A DNA stretch of 64,000 bases from Azolla caroliniana (Eukaryota > Plantae > Polypodiophyta), in the NCBI GenBank assembly GCA_043228905.1, contig JBHGNT010000007.1:2232001-2296000 (forward strand), in the 5' to 3' direction. The notes under the pieces were generated by a model that saw only the letters and a list, made by a program, of their open reading frames with translations, was not told the origin of the DNA and did no database searches. The position numbers and the translations under genes were made by a program. Position 1 is the first letter of the stretch; each line of letters opens with the position of its first letter. Positions 24,257 through 36,320 of this stretch are shown one piece after another.

Positions 24257-26362
24257 AAGATTATTTTACCTCTCACACAACTTACGAAGAAGGGACAAAC
24301 ATTTCTTTGGTCCAATGAAGCGGACATGGCTTTTCGGCATCTTAAGAAAGCCTTTACATCAGCACCTATTCTAGCTCATGTGGATACAAGCAAACCATTC
24401 ATCATGGAGGCCGACGCATTAGATTTCGCCCTCGGTAGCATCCTTTCTCAACAAGGAGATAAAGAAGAGTTACATCATGTGGCTTTCCATTCGCGCAAAT
24501 TTGATGCTGCGGAAATCAACTACGAAATACATGACAAGGAGTTATTAGCCATCATGGATTCATTTGTGCAATGGCAGCATTTTTTGGAGGGCTCTCCACA
24601 TCAGGTCATCGTCTTCAGTGATCACAAGAATCTTTCTTATTTCCAGAACGCTCGTGTGCTAAATCGACGGCAAGCTAGGTGGGCTCAATTCCTCACACGT
24701 TTTGATTTCAAAATCGCATATCGACCGAGGAAGCAGCAAGGAAAGGAAGATGCACTATCATGACGTTCTTATCTTGCACCTCGTCCTGGTGATCCAGCAT
24801 TCGACAATCAAAAGCTAGTAATCTTGAAACCAACACGATTACACACAACGCGGATTTTTCACACCCCAATGGATTCCCAAATTACCGACACCATACGTGC
24901 AAACTTGAAGACGGACAATTTTGCTCAATACATTCTAGCGCACATTGATACCTCTCGGACATCCTGTTCCCAGTCTCAACAACCAGGTATGGACTATCGA
25001 CAGTTCGAATATCGTGATTGTTTGTTGTTCTTTAAAAAGCTTGTATATGTCCTCGATTGCTCCTGTCACCTTCAAATCGTCCAAACTTGTCACAACACCC
25101 ATATGGCGGGACATTTCGGTAGCACTAAGACGTTGGATTTAGTTCAACGATCCTTTTGGTAGCCCCATATGCGACGTTTTGTCAACAACTACGTTCGGAC
25201 CTGTGATGCTTGCTGCCGAGCAAAGATGCCACGACACCATCCATATGGCTTGTGGAACCCTTACCGATTCCAAGTAAGCCGTGGCAGTCTATTTGTCTTG
25301 ACTTTATCATAGATGTGCCGGTCTCGAAGGGGTTCGATGCTATCTTATCCGTCATCAATCGATATACGAAGATGGCACATTTTGTGCCGTGTACTAAGGC
25401 CATCACTAGCGAGGAAACCGCCGCCCTTGTCATGTGTGAGGTGTTTCGGCATCATGACCTCCCAAACAGTATCATTAGTGACCAAGGACCGCAATTCGTC
25501 TCCAAATTTTGGCAGCATCTCTTCAAGATGCTCAAGGTCTCTTGCAACCTCTTCTCCGGCTACCATCCTCAAACCGATGGGCAGGCGGAACAAACAAACC
25601 AAACGCTGGAGCAATATCTCCGGTGTTTCCTGAGTTATCAATAGGACGATTGGGCCGAGATTCTCCACTTTGTGGAGTTTGCGTATAATAATGTTGTTCA
25701 CTCCTCGACTCGAGTCTCCCCATTCTACGTTTATACCGGTTCTCATCCTCGCTGGTCGGTGATCAACACCCCGGAGCTACCTACCAATCCTCGTGCCGAG
25801 GATAATTTGGAGAGACTACACAAGATCCAGATGGATCTCTCTACTCATCTTCGTCATGGTCAACAGACATAGAAGACTTACGCGGATCTTCATAGGCTTC
25901 CCTCCTCTTTGGCCATCAGAGATCGAGTATGGCTTTTACGTTGTCACATCAAGACTACTCGATCGTGCGACAAGTTGGATTATCGACGATGTCACGTTCC
26001 GCCTTGATCTTCCTCCGCATCTTCAGGTACATCCGGTCTTCCATAGTTCTCTTCTTGAACCTTATAAAGCAAACACTATTCCCAATTGTGTTACACCACC
26101 ACCGCCCCTGCTTGAGTTAGACGCCGACCCGGAGTATGAAGTTGCTGCCATCCTCAACTCCAAATTTGTTTGCAACAAACTTTATTATTTGGTCGATTGG
26201 CTCGACTATAGTCTGAGCGAACGTACTTGGGAGCCCGTCGAGCATGTCGGCAATTCTAAAGATCTTCTTGCTGATTTTCACTCACAGTATCCCAACAAAC
26301 CAGGTCCTCAATCAGCATCGACTCGTTCCACTCGTTGTCTTAAAGGGGGGATAGTGTCATGA
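24257..26362 (+). pseudogene. pol: pol of chromovirus A, 3' part (RH, INT, chromodomain)
   Basis: FTSAPILAH, EIHDKELLAI, PWQSICLDFI, YHPQTDGQAE and a chromodomain, with stops and frameshifts. Confidence 0.9.
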
Positions 26363-26792
26363 TATGGCAAAACTCGACCCCATGACCTTATGGTATATGG
26401 GTCGAGCTCTTAACCATCACACCATCTATTGTAATTTGTAGGATATTATTTTCATTTATGCTTTATTATAAGAAATTAATGTATATTCCAAATTTCTCTG
26501 GAACATTCTAGAAGCTTCAGGACTACTCCTGAGAGCACTATAAAAGGAGGCACAAGGCATTGTTTTGAACCAAATTGGTTCAACGCCAATCTTAAGCCTC
26601 TTAGCCACTTTGTACTTACCCTTCACATAATATATTAGATGTTATCATCATTCCTCTCTCTCATCCTCGCTATATCTCTTTCCTCTTCTCTCTTTCTCTC
26701 TCGGGAATCTTATGCAGTCCCGTCCTCTTAGTACTAATAGTACTTCTCTTCTTTAGTACTAATTCTCTCTCTGCTTAGTACTATTCCTGACA
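26355..26792 (+). repeat. 3' LTR of chromovirus A
   Basis: Matches 15378-15839 and is followed by the TSD. Confidence 0.95.
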
Positions 26793-26851
26793 GCTGATAT
26801 TTCTTGATACATTCTAGAGTCTTCTTCGTCTTTGTCTTTGGACATTGTCTC

Positions 26852-27334
26852 CGTCACGGACACACCAACCACAGACTCAGATGGAGTACGAATGAAGGGG
26901 CTAAGAGCATGGAACTTAAGAAGCTGGGAATGACACAAGAGCATGAAGACAGAGATAAACATCAAGGAGACAAGATGGGGCGAAATGAGAATACTAGATT
27001 GATATGTCAATGACTGGTGTTGAATCCCTTAAAAGGGACCAAGGAGGTTACAAGTATTTATACAAGTTCCGAGATTAAATATCTCTAGAATATAAGTCTC
27101 GAGAAATATCTCAAGAATATACTCATCTAGAATATACTGTACAATATCTCTAGAATATACTAACGACTAGAATATTTTGATTCTGAAATGTACTATATGC
27201 TAGACTATAGAATACTACATTGTTATATATAAATGTATGGTCATGTCAAAATGGTTGAGCATGACATTTTGTTGATGTGAGGTTGAAGGTTCAATCCTTA
27301 CCAAATATGTATTTGATGTCACTGTGTCATGACA
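26852..27334 (-). mobile_element. Orphan chromovirus-type LTR C (third family)
   Basis: Minus strand starts TGTCATGA and has TCTAGA repeats, TATAAAT and the TCAACACCAGTC motif shared with LTRs A and B. tRNA-like cassette at 27244-27303. No clean TSD. Confidence 0.75.
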
Positions 27335-28552
27335 ATATCCTTCATTGAGAAAGATCTGTTCAAGGACTTTTTCAACATTCCGATTTTCATTTAGTCCCAT
27401 CCGACAATCGACATGTTGTCCATGTCCAACAAGAGGACGAGAAAGTTTCCTTTGTTGAACTTCTTCACAAACAAGCAATGATCGTCCTGCGTTTTGTGAT
27501 ACCCTTGGTCAGTCATGAAGGATTTGAACTTCCGGTACCATTGTCGAGGAGCTTGATTGAGTCCGTAAAGGCTCTTCCTCAACCGGCATACCAAGTTCTC
27601 CTTCCCCTTCTCGACGAATCCTTGTGGTTGCTGCATATATATCTCCTCTTCAAGATCACCATGCAGAAAAGCCGTATTGACTTCCAACTACTCGACTTCA
27701 AGGTCCATATTGGTTGCTATGCTCAACACCGTCCGAATGGATGTCATCTTCATCACTGCGGAAAAGATCTCGTTGAAATCCACACCTTTCTTTGGTTAGC
27801 AGGCCTTCACCACAATGTGGGCCTTATCCCTTGGTGGATTTCCGCCATCTCCCGGTTTTAGTTTATACACCCACTTATTCCAGAGTGCCCTCTTTCCTTT
27901 CAACAACTCTGTTAGCTCGTATGTGTGGTTCTCATGTAGGGAACCAATCCATTTCGTCTTTCATGACACTTAGCCATTCTCTGCTACGGGTTTCCCTCCT
28001 TGCTTCCTTGAAGCTTTTTGGCTCCCCCTCGTCAGTTAGTAGCATGTACTCTTTATCTGGATATCTTTTGGGGGCCCTTCTTTTCGTCAGAGGGTATCTC
28101 CTTCCTCTATTCTCATAAGTCGTCTCACTAGGTCCTTCCTCTTCTCTTTTGGCTGGAACGTTGTCCGATTTAGAGTCGACTACTTCTTCCTCTTCGGATC
28201 CGACAAGATACCTTCCGATCAATTCGGCTCCATATTCGGATGCCGACTGGTTTTTGTCTGATCCGACTCCCTATCCGGATTTGGTCGGCTCACCTTGTTC
28301 TTCAATCGACATTCGACTTCTGACTGGTTGGGAGGATGTATTCGACTTCTCCATCTCCTAGTCAACAATAGTCTTCTCATGCATGAAGACTATGTCTTGG
28401 TTCAAGATCACTTTCTTCTTGGCTAAGTTCCATAGCCTATCGTATCCCAGGAATATGCACGACCAATTCTTTGGGTCCAAATTTCCCCTCTGGTACTTTG
28501 CTACATGAACATAGGCAAGAAAACCAAACACCCTCAGATGTCGGTACAACAT

Positions 28553-31500
28553 TGTTGGGAAATTGGTCCCTCCGGATGGGATCCGGTGATGAATAAAGAG
28601 GACCCGGTGAGAACCGGAAGAGATCCGGAAACCGGAGGAGACCTAGTGAGAATCGGAAGAGAGCCGATGAGAACTGGAAGAGAGAACATATCTGTAAATA
28701 TGATTTGAGTAAGCCTATTGAGGCTATATTTGTAAATAGCCCTAAACCCTAAACCCTAAATATGACTTAGGGCAATCACTTTGTGTGGTTATATTGTTGT
28801 TGTTGTCATATTGTTGTACAAAGAGAGAGAGAGAGAGAGCGCGATACTCTGTTGTAACCGCCATTTGGCGAAGATACAAAGCTCGAGGTCGTTGCCTCTG
28901 AGGTTCTGACTGTACCTTTCTCCTATAGTGATAGTTGGAGTCCGTGGGCTCCCGTGGTTTTTCCCATGTAGGTTTTTCCACGTAAACATCCTGTGTATTT
29001 CCTTTGTGTACTCTCCACTTCCCATTTCTGTGTTTCATTCTCAGTGAAGCGATTCAAGACTCGGTTGTGGCCGAGCAATATTCCAAGTTCTTCTCTTCAA
29101 TATGGTATTAGAGCGAACGACATAGGAAATGGAAGAATCGTTCGGTGGCATGTTCAAGCTCATCGGCTCCAACTACTCAATGTGCAAGTTGAAGATGAGG
29201 GGCATGCTAGTGGTTAAAGATATTTGGTTTCTGGTTTAGTTCGGGGACCAGAGACTGGGTAAGATCAACGCCACAGTGTGGGAGGTGATGCACATGAAGA
29301 CAACGGCCTACATCCGGTGCTTCATCGACATGAGCATGTACAACAACTTCAATGAAGAGAGCAAGGCTCATGCACTCTGGGAGAAGATCGACAACATGTT
29401 CCAGAACAAGAATGTTGTTAATCGGGTTTTGGCATTCCGGAAGCAAGTGAGGCTTCGGTACCAGGACGACTCCAGTATGGCAGAGCACATGAATGCCTTC
29501 CAGGGACTAATCCACCAGGCAACCTCGTTGGAAGTACCTCTTGCCGATGAGGTACTCGCATTACTCCTGCTCGGTTCCCTCCCAGATAGTTGGGAGATGC
29601 TAGTTGTCACGTTGGGCAACGCCGGACCGGAAGGAAAGTAGTTGTCCCTAGCAAGGGTAAAATAAAGCCCTGTAGATGAAGAAGCTTGCTGGAAGGACCA
29701 GGAGTTCGGAACCAATCCGAAGGCCTTGGTCACAAAAGATGACCACAACCGAGGAAGAGGCCGATATCGGAGTCCCCAAAACCGGGACAAGTCGGGGACG
29801 AGGTCGAAGTCAAGGGGAGGCCTACTTGCTTCTACTGTGGGAAGCCGGGGCATTTCTAGAAGAACTGTCAGCATTTCCGGAAAGAGAAAGAAACCAGCAC
29901 CACCGATTCGAAGAAGAGTTCGGACCGGAACGGCGGCGATCGTGACAAGTGAAGAAGAACTGATGCTCATTACTGAAGCGAATGAGTTAAACCTTGTCGA
30001 TGACGAGACAATGTGAGTTGTCGATTCCGGAGCGTCGTTCCACCTAAAACTGGACCAGAGATGCTTCTCATCCTACACAGCTGGTGATCATGGTTGTGTC
30101 CAAATGGGGAATGAAGGCACATGCCGAATTGTCGGCATAGGAGATGTGTTGTTGACGACATCAACCGTATGCAAGTTGTTGTTGAAGGATGTTCGACACG
30201 TTCCGGAGGTTCAATTGAACTTGATATTAGCTGGTCGGCTAGATGATGAAGGTTACACGGGTAGCATCCAGAACGGAGTCATGAAGTTCTACAAAGGGAG
30301 CCTAATAGTGGTTCAAGCCCGGAAGGTCAACACACTGTACTTGATGAATGCTCGGATATGCTGGGAAGAAGTGAACGTAGCATCCGACACTGCTGGTGAG
30401 CTATGGCACAAAAGACTGTGTCACATGAGTGAGAAGGGGATGAAGAGGCTTGCCAAAGACAATCTTATTCCGGTGAAGGACATGCAACTTGAGAAGTGCA
30501 CCAACTGCTTGGCCGACAAGCAAAACCGAACCTCCTTCCAGTCAAGAACACCGATGAGACGGAATGCACCACTGGAGCTGGTGCATACCGATATGTGTCA
30601 AGTGGACACAAAGTCACATGCCGGATCACAATACTTCGTGACATTCATAGACAACCACAGTCGGAAGCTGTGGGTCTCACCGTTGAAGACGAAGGATCAG
30701 GTGTTATCCATCTTCAAGGAAATCCACGCAAGAGTGGAAAGAGAAACCGGTCGGAAGTTGAAGGCGTTTCGAGTGGACAATGGAGGAGAATACCGGGGGC
30801 AGTTTGAGGAGTACTGCTGGTCGAAGGGAATCTAGCTCGAATTTATCGTGCCAAAGACACCGGAATTGAACGGGCTGGCCAAAAGGATGAACTAGAGCAT
30901 AATGGAGAGAGTCCGGAGCATGCTCACACATGACAAGTTACCCAAGACGTTTTGGGTTGAGGCGCTAACGACGGTGACCTATGTGATAAACAAATCACCC
31001 TCAATACCCTTGGGAGGAGACTCACATCAGAAGGTATGGACCGTTAAAGATGTATCTTATTGGCATCTGAAGGTGTTCGGTGTCTCGCATACACGCATGT
31101 GGCGAAGGACAAGAGAGCAAAGCTAGATCTGAAGTCCCAACCATGCATATTCCTTGGATACGGCAATGATGAGTTCGATTACCAGGTGTGGGATCTAGTC
31201 GACAAGAAGGTGTTCCGGAGTCAGGACATAATCTTCATGGAAGACATGACCATTGCTGACTGAGAGTCGGAGAAGAAGATGATCAACTCCGGATCATCCA
31301 ATGAAAACCGGCTTGAGGACACAAGAACCTACCCGCTTGAAAACCGGATGTTAGTCGGTAACCGGATGACACTCGACGAACCGGCCAGATACGGACAGGA
31401 AATCGAACCGACCGAAGAAGAAGAAGAAGACACCGGAACTAGACAAGATCCCGAATCGGATTCAGATTCGGAACAAACGAAGGAGTCGGTAGTCAGAAAC

Positions 31501-33441
31501 CAAGGACGAAGATATCCTCTTCGGGAGAGAAGAACCCCCCGGAGATTTCCGGATGTAGAGCATGTGTTGCTAACCGATGAGGGGGAGCCGGAAAGCTTCG
31601 AAGAAGCAAAGAGAGACAGCCACAGTCGTAGTGGTTGAGTGCCATGCAAGACGATATGGATTCCCTGCATGAGAACCACACGTATGAACTGACGGAGTTG
31701 CCGAAAGGGAAGAGAGCACTCCGGATCAAGTGGGTGTACAAGCTAAAACCGGGAGATGCCGGAAATCCACCAAGGTACAAAGCCCAGATCGTGGTGAAGG
31801 GCTTCCAACAGAAGAGAGGAGTGGACTTCGATGAGATCTCTGCCCCGGAAGTAAAGATGACATCCATCCGGACGGTATTGGGCATAGCGGCAAGCATGGA
31901 CCTCGAGCTCGAGCAACTGGACGTCAAGACGACATTCCTGCATGGTGACTTCGAAGAAGAGATCTACATGCATCAACCGGAACGATTTGAGAAGAAAGGG
32001 AAGGAGCACCTGGTGTGCCGGCTGAAGAAGAGTTTATATGGACTGAAGCAAGCTCCCCGACAATGGTACCGGAAGTTCGACTCCCTCATGATCGACCAAG
32101 GGTACCACAAAACGCAAGTTGATCACTGTTTGACGGAGGAGATTTCTTGATACTCCTCCTGTATGTGGATGATATGTTGATCGTCAAATGAGACCAAGGC
32201 AAGATTCGGATGCTGAAGAAGGCTCTGAACCAAACCTTCTCAATTAAAGACTTGGGACCAGCAAGACAGATATTGGGAATGCACATCATCCGGGACCGGT
32301 CGAAGAAGTTGTTGTGGTTGTCACAGGATAAGTATGTGACGAAGGTGCTTCAACGGTTCAATATGTCGGAGGCAAAGCCGGTCGGATCGACACTTCCAGC
32401 AAACTGCAAGCCATCCGGAAAACAAATCTCGAGGATAAAGGCGGAGAAGACGGATATGATGAAGATTCCATATGCCTCTGGCGTCGGAAGCTTGATGTAC
32501 GCGATGGTATGTACCCGGCCGGATATCGGATATGTAGTCGGAGTGGTGAGCCGGTTCATGTGCAATCCCGGAAGAGAACATTGGAACGCGGTCAAGTGGA
32601 TACTCCGGTATCTGAAAGGCACCTCGAGTATGTGCCTCCAGTTTGGTTCCGGAAATCGCCAACTTGATGGATTCACGGATTCGGATATGTCGGCTGATGC
32701 GGATACCAACCGGTCTACATCCGGATATGTCATGACTTATGTAAGGGGAGTTGTTTCGTGGCAGTCGAGGGTGCAGAAGACGGTTGCGTTGTCAACCACG
32801 AAGGCAGAGTACATGGCAGTTGTTGAAGCCGGCAAGGAGATAATCTAGAATCTAGATGAAGGACTTCATCGGAGAGCTAGGGATCCAATAGGAGGAATAT
32901 TGGCTCTACTGTGACCATCAAAGTGCCATCCACCTTGCAAAGAATGCGGCCTACCATTCCCGGACGAAACATATCCAACGGAGGTACCATTGGATCCGGG
33001 AGAGAGTAGAAGATCAAGAGGCCGTGTTGGCGAAGATCCACACGAAGGAGAACGGGTCGGACATGTTGACCAAGGTCCTGACAACTGACAAGTTGGACGT
33101 GTGCCAAAAGAGGATCAGGCTGACAAGACATCCCATGACGGAGTGAAGGGGGAGATTATTGGGAAATCGGTCCCTTCAGATGGGATCCGGTGATGAGTAA
33201 AGAGGACCCGGTGAGAATCGGAAGAGAGCCAGTGAGAATCGGAAGAGAGCCAGTGAGAATCGGTAGAGAAGACATATCTATAAATATGTTTTGAGTAAGC
33301 CTATTCAGGCTATATTTGTAAATAGCCCTAAGTTCATATAAGTATAAATATGACTTAGGGCAATCACTTTGTGTGGTTATATTGTTGTTGTTGTCATATT
33401 GTTGTACAGAGAGAGTGATAGAGAGAGCCATAGAGAGAGAG

Positions 33442-33472
<31 letters not shown>

Positions 33473-33737
33473 TACAGAGCGATACTCTGTTGTAATCCCC
33501 AGTTGGCGAAGATATAGAGCTCGAGGTCGTTGCCTCCGAGGCTCTAATTGTACCTTTCCCCTATAGTGATAGTTGGAGTCCGTGGGCTCCTGGGGTTTTT
33601 CCCATTTAATGTTTTCCACGTAAACATCCTGTGTATTTCCTTTGTGTACTCTCCACTTCCTATTTCTGTGTTTATTTCTCAGTGAAGCGATTCAAGACTC
33701 GGTTGTGGCCGAGCAATATTCTGCGTTCTTCTCTTCA
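28553..33737 (+). mobile_element. Ty1/copia element D (Tnt1/Tork-like), full length, pseudogenised, nested in H
   Basis: TSD AACAT/GACAT. LTRs 28553-29099 and 33157-33737. PBS TGGTATTAGAGC (iMet-like) at 29103. PPT at 33145-33156. Order is gag, PR (VDSGAS), INT, RT (YVDD), RH. Removing it restores the host reading MSYRHLRVFG. Confidence 0.93.
29129..33146 (+). pseudogene. gag-pol polyprotein of copia D (disrupted)
   Basis: LLLLGSLPDSWE, LWHKRLCHMSEKG, QLDVKTTFLHGD, SLYGLKQAPRQWY, ALSTTKAEY. Multiple stops and frameshifts. Confidence 0.9.
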
Positions 33738-35263
33738 GACATGTCTTCGTCAGTCCATACCGTTTGTGGAATATCTCCGTCCAAGGGTACTGAGGGTGAT
33801 CTGTTTATCACGTTGACCACTATCATCAGCGCCTCAACCCAAAATGTCTTGGATAGCTTTGCATGTGCAAGCATGCTCTTGAGTCTGTCCATGATGGTCC
33901 AGTTCATTATCTTGACCAGTCCGTTAAGCTTTGGCGTTTTCAGCACAATGTATTTGAGCTGGATACCCTTTGATCGATAGTACTCTTTGAACCACCCTTG
34001 GTATTCTCCTCCGTTATCCACTGGAACAAATTTCAACTTCCGGTTAGTTTCTCTCTTTGCTCTTGCTTGGAACTCCTTGAAGATGGACAACACTTGGCCC
34101 TTCATCTTCAGTACGGAAGCCCACAACTTCTGGATGTAGTCATCAATTACGGTGACAAAGTATTGTGAGCCAGCATGTGACTTTGTATCCACGTAGTATG
34201 TTTGTATGCCTGCGATCTAATGGTGCCTTCTTTCTCATCGGGGGCCTGAGATGGAAAAAGGCCCTATTTTGCTTGCCAGCCAAGCAATCAATGCATTTGT
34301 CAAAATGCACATTCTTTATCTCCGGTATGAGATTATCCTCGGCAAGCTTATGCATCCCCTTCTCACTCATGTGGCATAGCCTCTTGTGCCACAACTCATT
34401 GGCTATGTCAGTTACCACGTTCATTTCGTCCCGGATCAGCCGAGCATGCATTAGGTATAGTGTGTTTGTATTCCGGACTTAGGCCACAATCAAGTTTCCC
34501 TTGCAAAACTTTAGAGTGTGGTTCTGGATGCTACTTGTGTAGCCTTCATCATCTAACCAACCGGTTGATATTAGATTCACTCTGACCTCCGGAACGTGAC
34601 ACACATCTTTCAACACAAGTTTACACCCAGTTGAAGTTAACAAGCACATGTCTCCTATACCAACAATTCAACATGCTCCTTCATTTCCCATCTTCACAAA
34701 ACCATGGTCTTCGGCCTTGTATGATGAGAAACATTTCCGGTTGGGGTTCACGTGGAACGATGTTCCGGAATTGATCACCCACATCATTTTGTCGTTGACA
34801 AGGTTCACTTCGTTTTGCTCGCTAATCAACAACTCCTCCTCACTTATCTCGATCGTTGAGGTGCCTTTTCTGTCTGGAATCTTCTTCAGCTCTACACCAT
34901 CACCTATCCGTTTCTCTTTCCGGAAGTGCCGACAATTCTTTTGGAAGTGCCTTGGCTTTCCACAGTAGAAGCAGGTGGGCCTCCCCCTTGACTTCGACCT
35001 CGTCCCCGACTTCTCCCGATTCTAGGTTTTGTTGACCATACGGTCGTCGACAAGGAGTGTGAATGGTGTGTCATCGGTGCATGGCTTGGAGAAAATGAGG
35101 GAGAGAGAGAGAGATAGATTAAGACTTTATAACTTAAATTACTATATGGATTAAAACTTAAATATACCTAAAAAACCTAAAAACATAATAAGAAAGAGAG
35201 AGAGGGCTAGTCATTAAGTATTAATTAAAAACACTTAAAGCAAACATTACTAACATGTTAAAT

Positions 35264-35302
<39 letters not shown>

Positions 35303-35690
35303 TTAAGTGCAAATCTATATCTAATTATCATTAAGATTGGAAAAAAAGTACATGGGGATATGGTCATGAGCAAACTAGTTTTGTCCCTAAAGGGGCTCAT
35401 CAGTGCTAAATGACCATATAGGGAGTGGGATGGATTATATAGGGTGGGAGAGAGGATTAGACAAAGAGATGGAGAGATAGGGGGCGAAAGAGAGGTTTTG
35501 ATAGGAGTTAGTGGGGTCATGGATAGTGGTGGAGAGTGGCTTCTTAAGGTTAACTATGAAAAGTAGGGGGAATAAAAGCTAGAGGGTGTGAGGTCCCTCA
35601 TCTTCGACTTCCAGATAGAGTAGTTGGAGCCGATTAGCTTGAACATTCCACCAAATGAGTCGTCCAGATTCCTTTGCTTTGATACCAGTT

Positions 35691-36320
35691 TGTTAGATCA
35701 ATGGATTCGGCCACCACTGAACTTCAAGCACAAGAGGGAATAACAGAGGACTAAATGCAGAGACACACGATTCGACGCGCTATTGTCCGCCAGAATTGTA
35801 ACCGCGTGACATAACACATGGGGAATAGAGTATTATATTAGGAGCGTTAAAGTAACACATGTAACGGTTGTATGCAAGGAGCGTAACCGATGAGAGGCCA
35901 TGTATATATAAAGGGCGAGAGACTATTGTAAAAAGCCAGCGTATTCTAAGAGTGTTGTTTTAATATAGTTTATCTTCTTTGATCTTGGTGTCCTGTCCAT
36001 TGGCCTATTGGTGTCTCGTTCTCTGTACAAGACTGTGTTACAGTAAACACAAGGTAAGGACGCGTTGGGTGCTACGCCCTAAGGAGGCTAGGTTGTAGTT
36101 GTCTCCTCCTTACGCCCTACCGATCACGCACTATGCATCTCTATTCCCTTGCACCACGATCACCTTGTAAGCTACCTCGAAGGACTGAGGGTGGCCTGTG
36201 TTCCTAACCGATAACACATGTGCACCTCCATCCAGTTTTGACTCCTTATCCATGGATGGTTCTCCGAACTCCAATCCTGTTTGTGCTTACTTCCCATCCG
36301 GAGGGTCCTATTTCCTAACA
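35691..36320 (-). repeat. 5' LTR of copia H, internally deleted and carrying a solo LTR
   Basis: Both ends match 14064-14642, and the PBS is adjacent. Confidence 0.8.
35781..36216 (+). mobile_element. Solo LTR inserted in the H LTR, same family as 11546-12015
   Basis: TATTGTCCGCCAGAAT...TTCCTAACCGATAACA with TATATAAA near 35905. Flanks CGCGC/CATGT could be a deamination-decayed TSD. Confidence 0.75.

Larger units (their letters stand above)
15378..26792 (+). mobile_element. Ty3/gypsy chromovirus A (Tcn1/sushi-like), full length but pseudogenised, interrupted by element B
   Basis: TSD GCTGA on both sides. LTRs 15378-15839 and 26355-26792. PPT AAAGGGGGGATAG. Order is gag, PR, RT (YLDD), RH, INT, chromodomain (EYEVAAILNSK..YLVDWLDY..TWEP), with many stops. 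Confidence 0.95.
14064..36320 (-). mobile_element. Decayed Ty1/copia host element H (Tnt1/Tork-like) carrying multiple nested insertions
   Basis: Related LTRs at 35691-36320 and 14064-14642 (TGTTAG..CTAACA). iMet PBS TGGTATCAAAGC at 35687-35676 and PPT at about 14643-14654. Colinear pieces: gag start 35670-35593, knuckle/PR/INT 35020-33740, INT/RT 28552-27335, RT/RH 15377-14680. Flanks TTGAT/CTGAA match only 3 of 5, so it may be chimeric. Confidence 0.7.
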
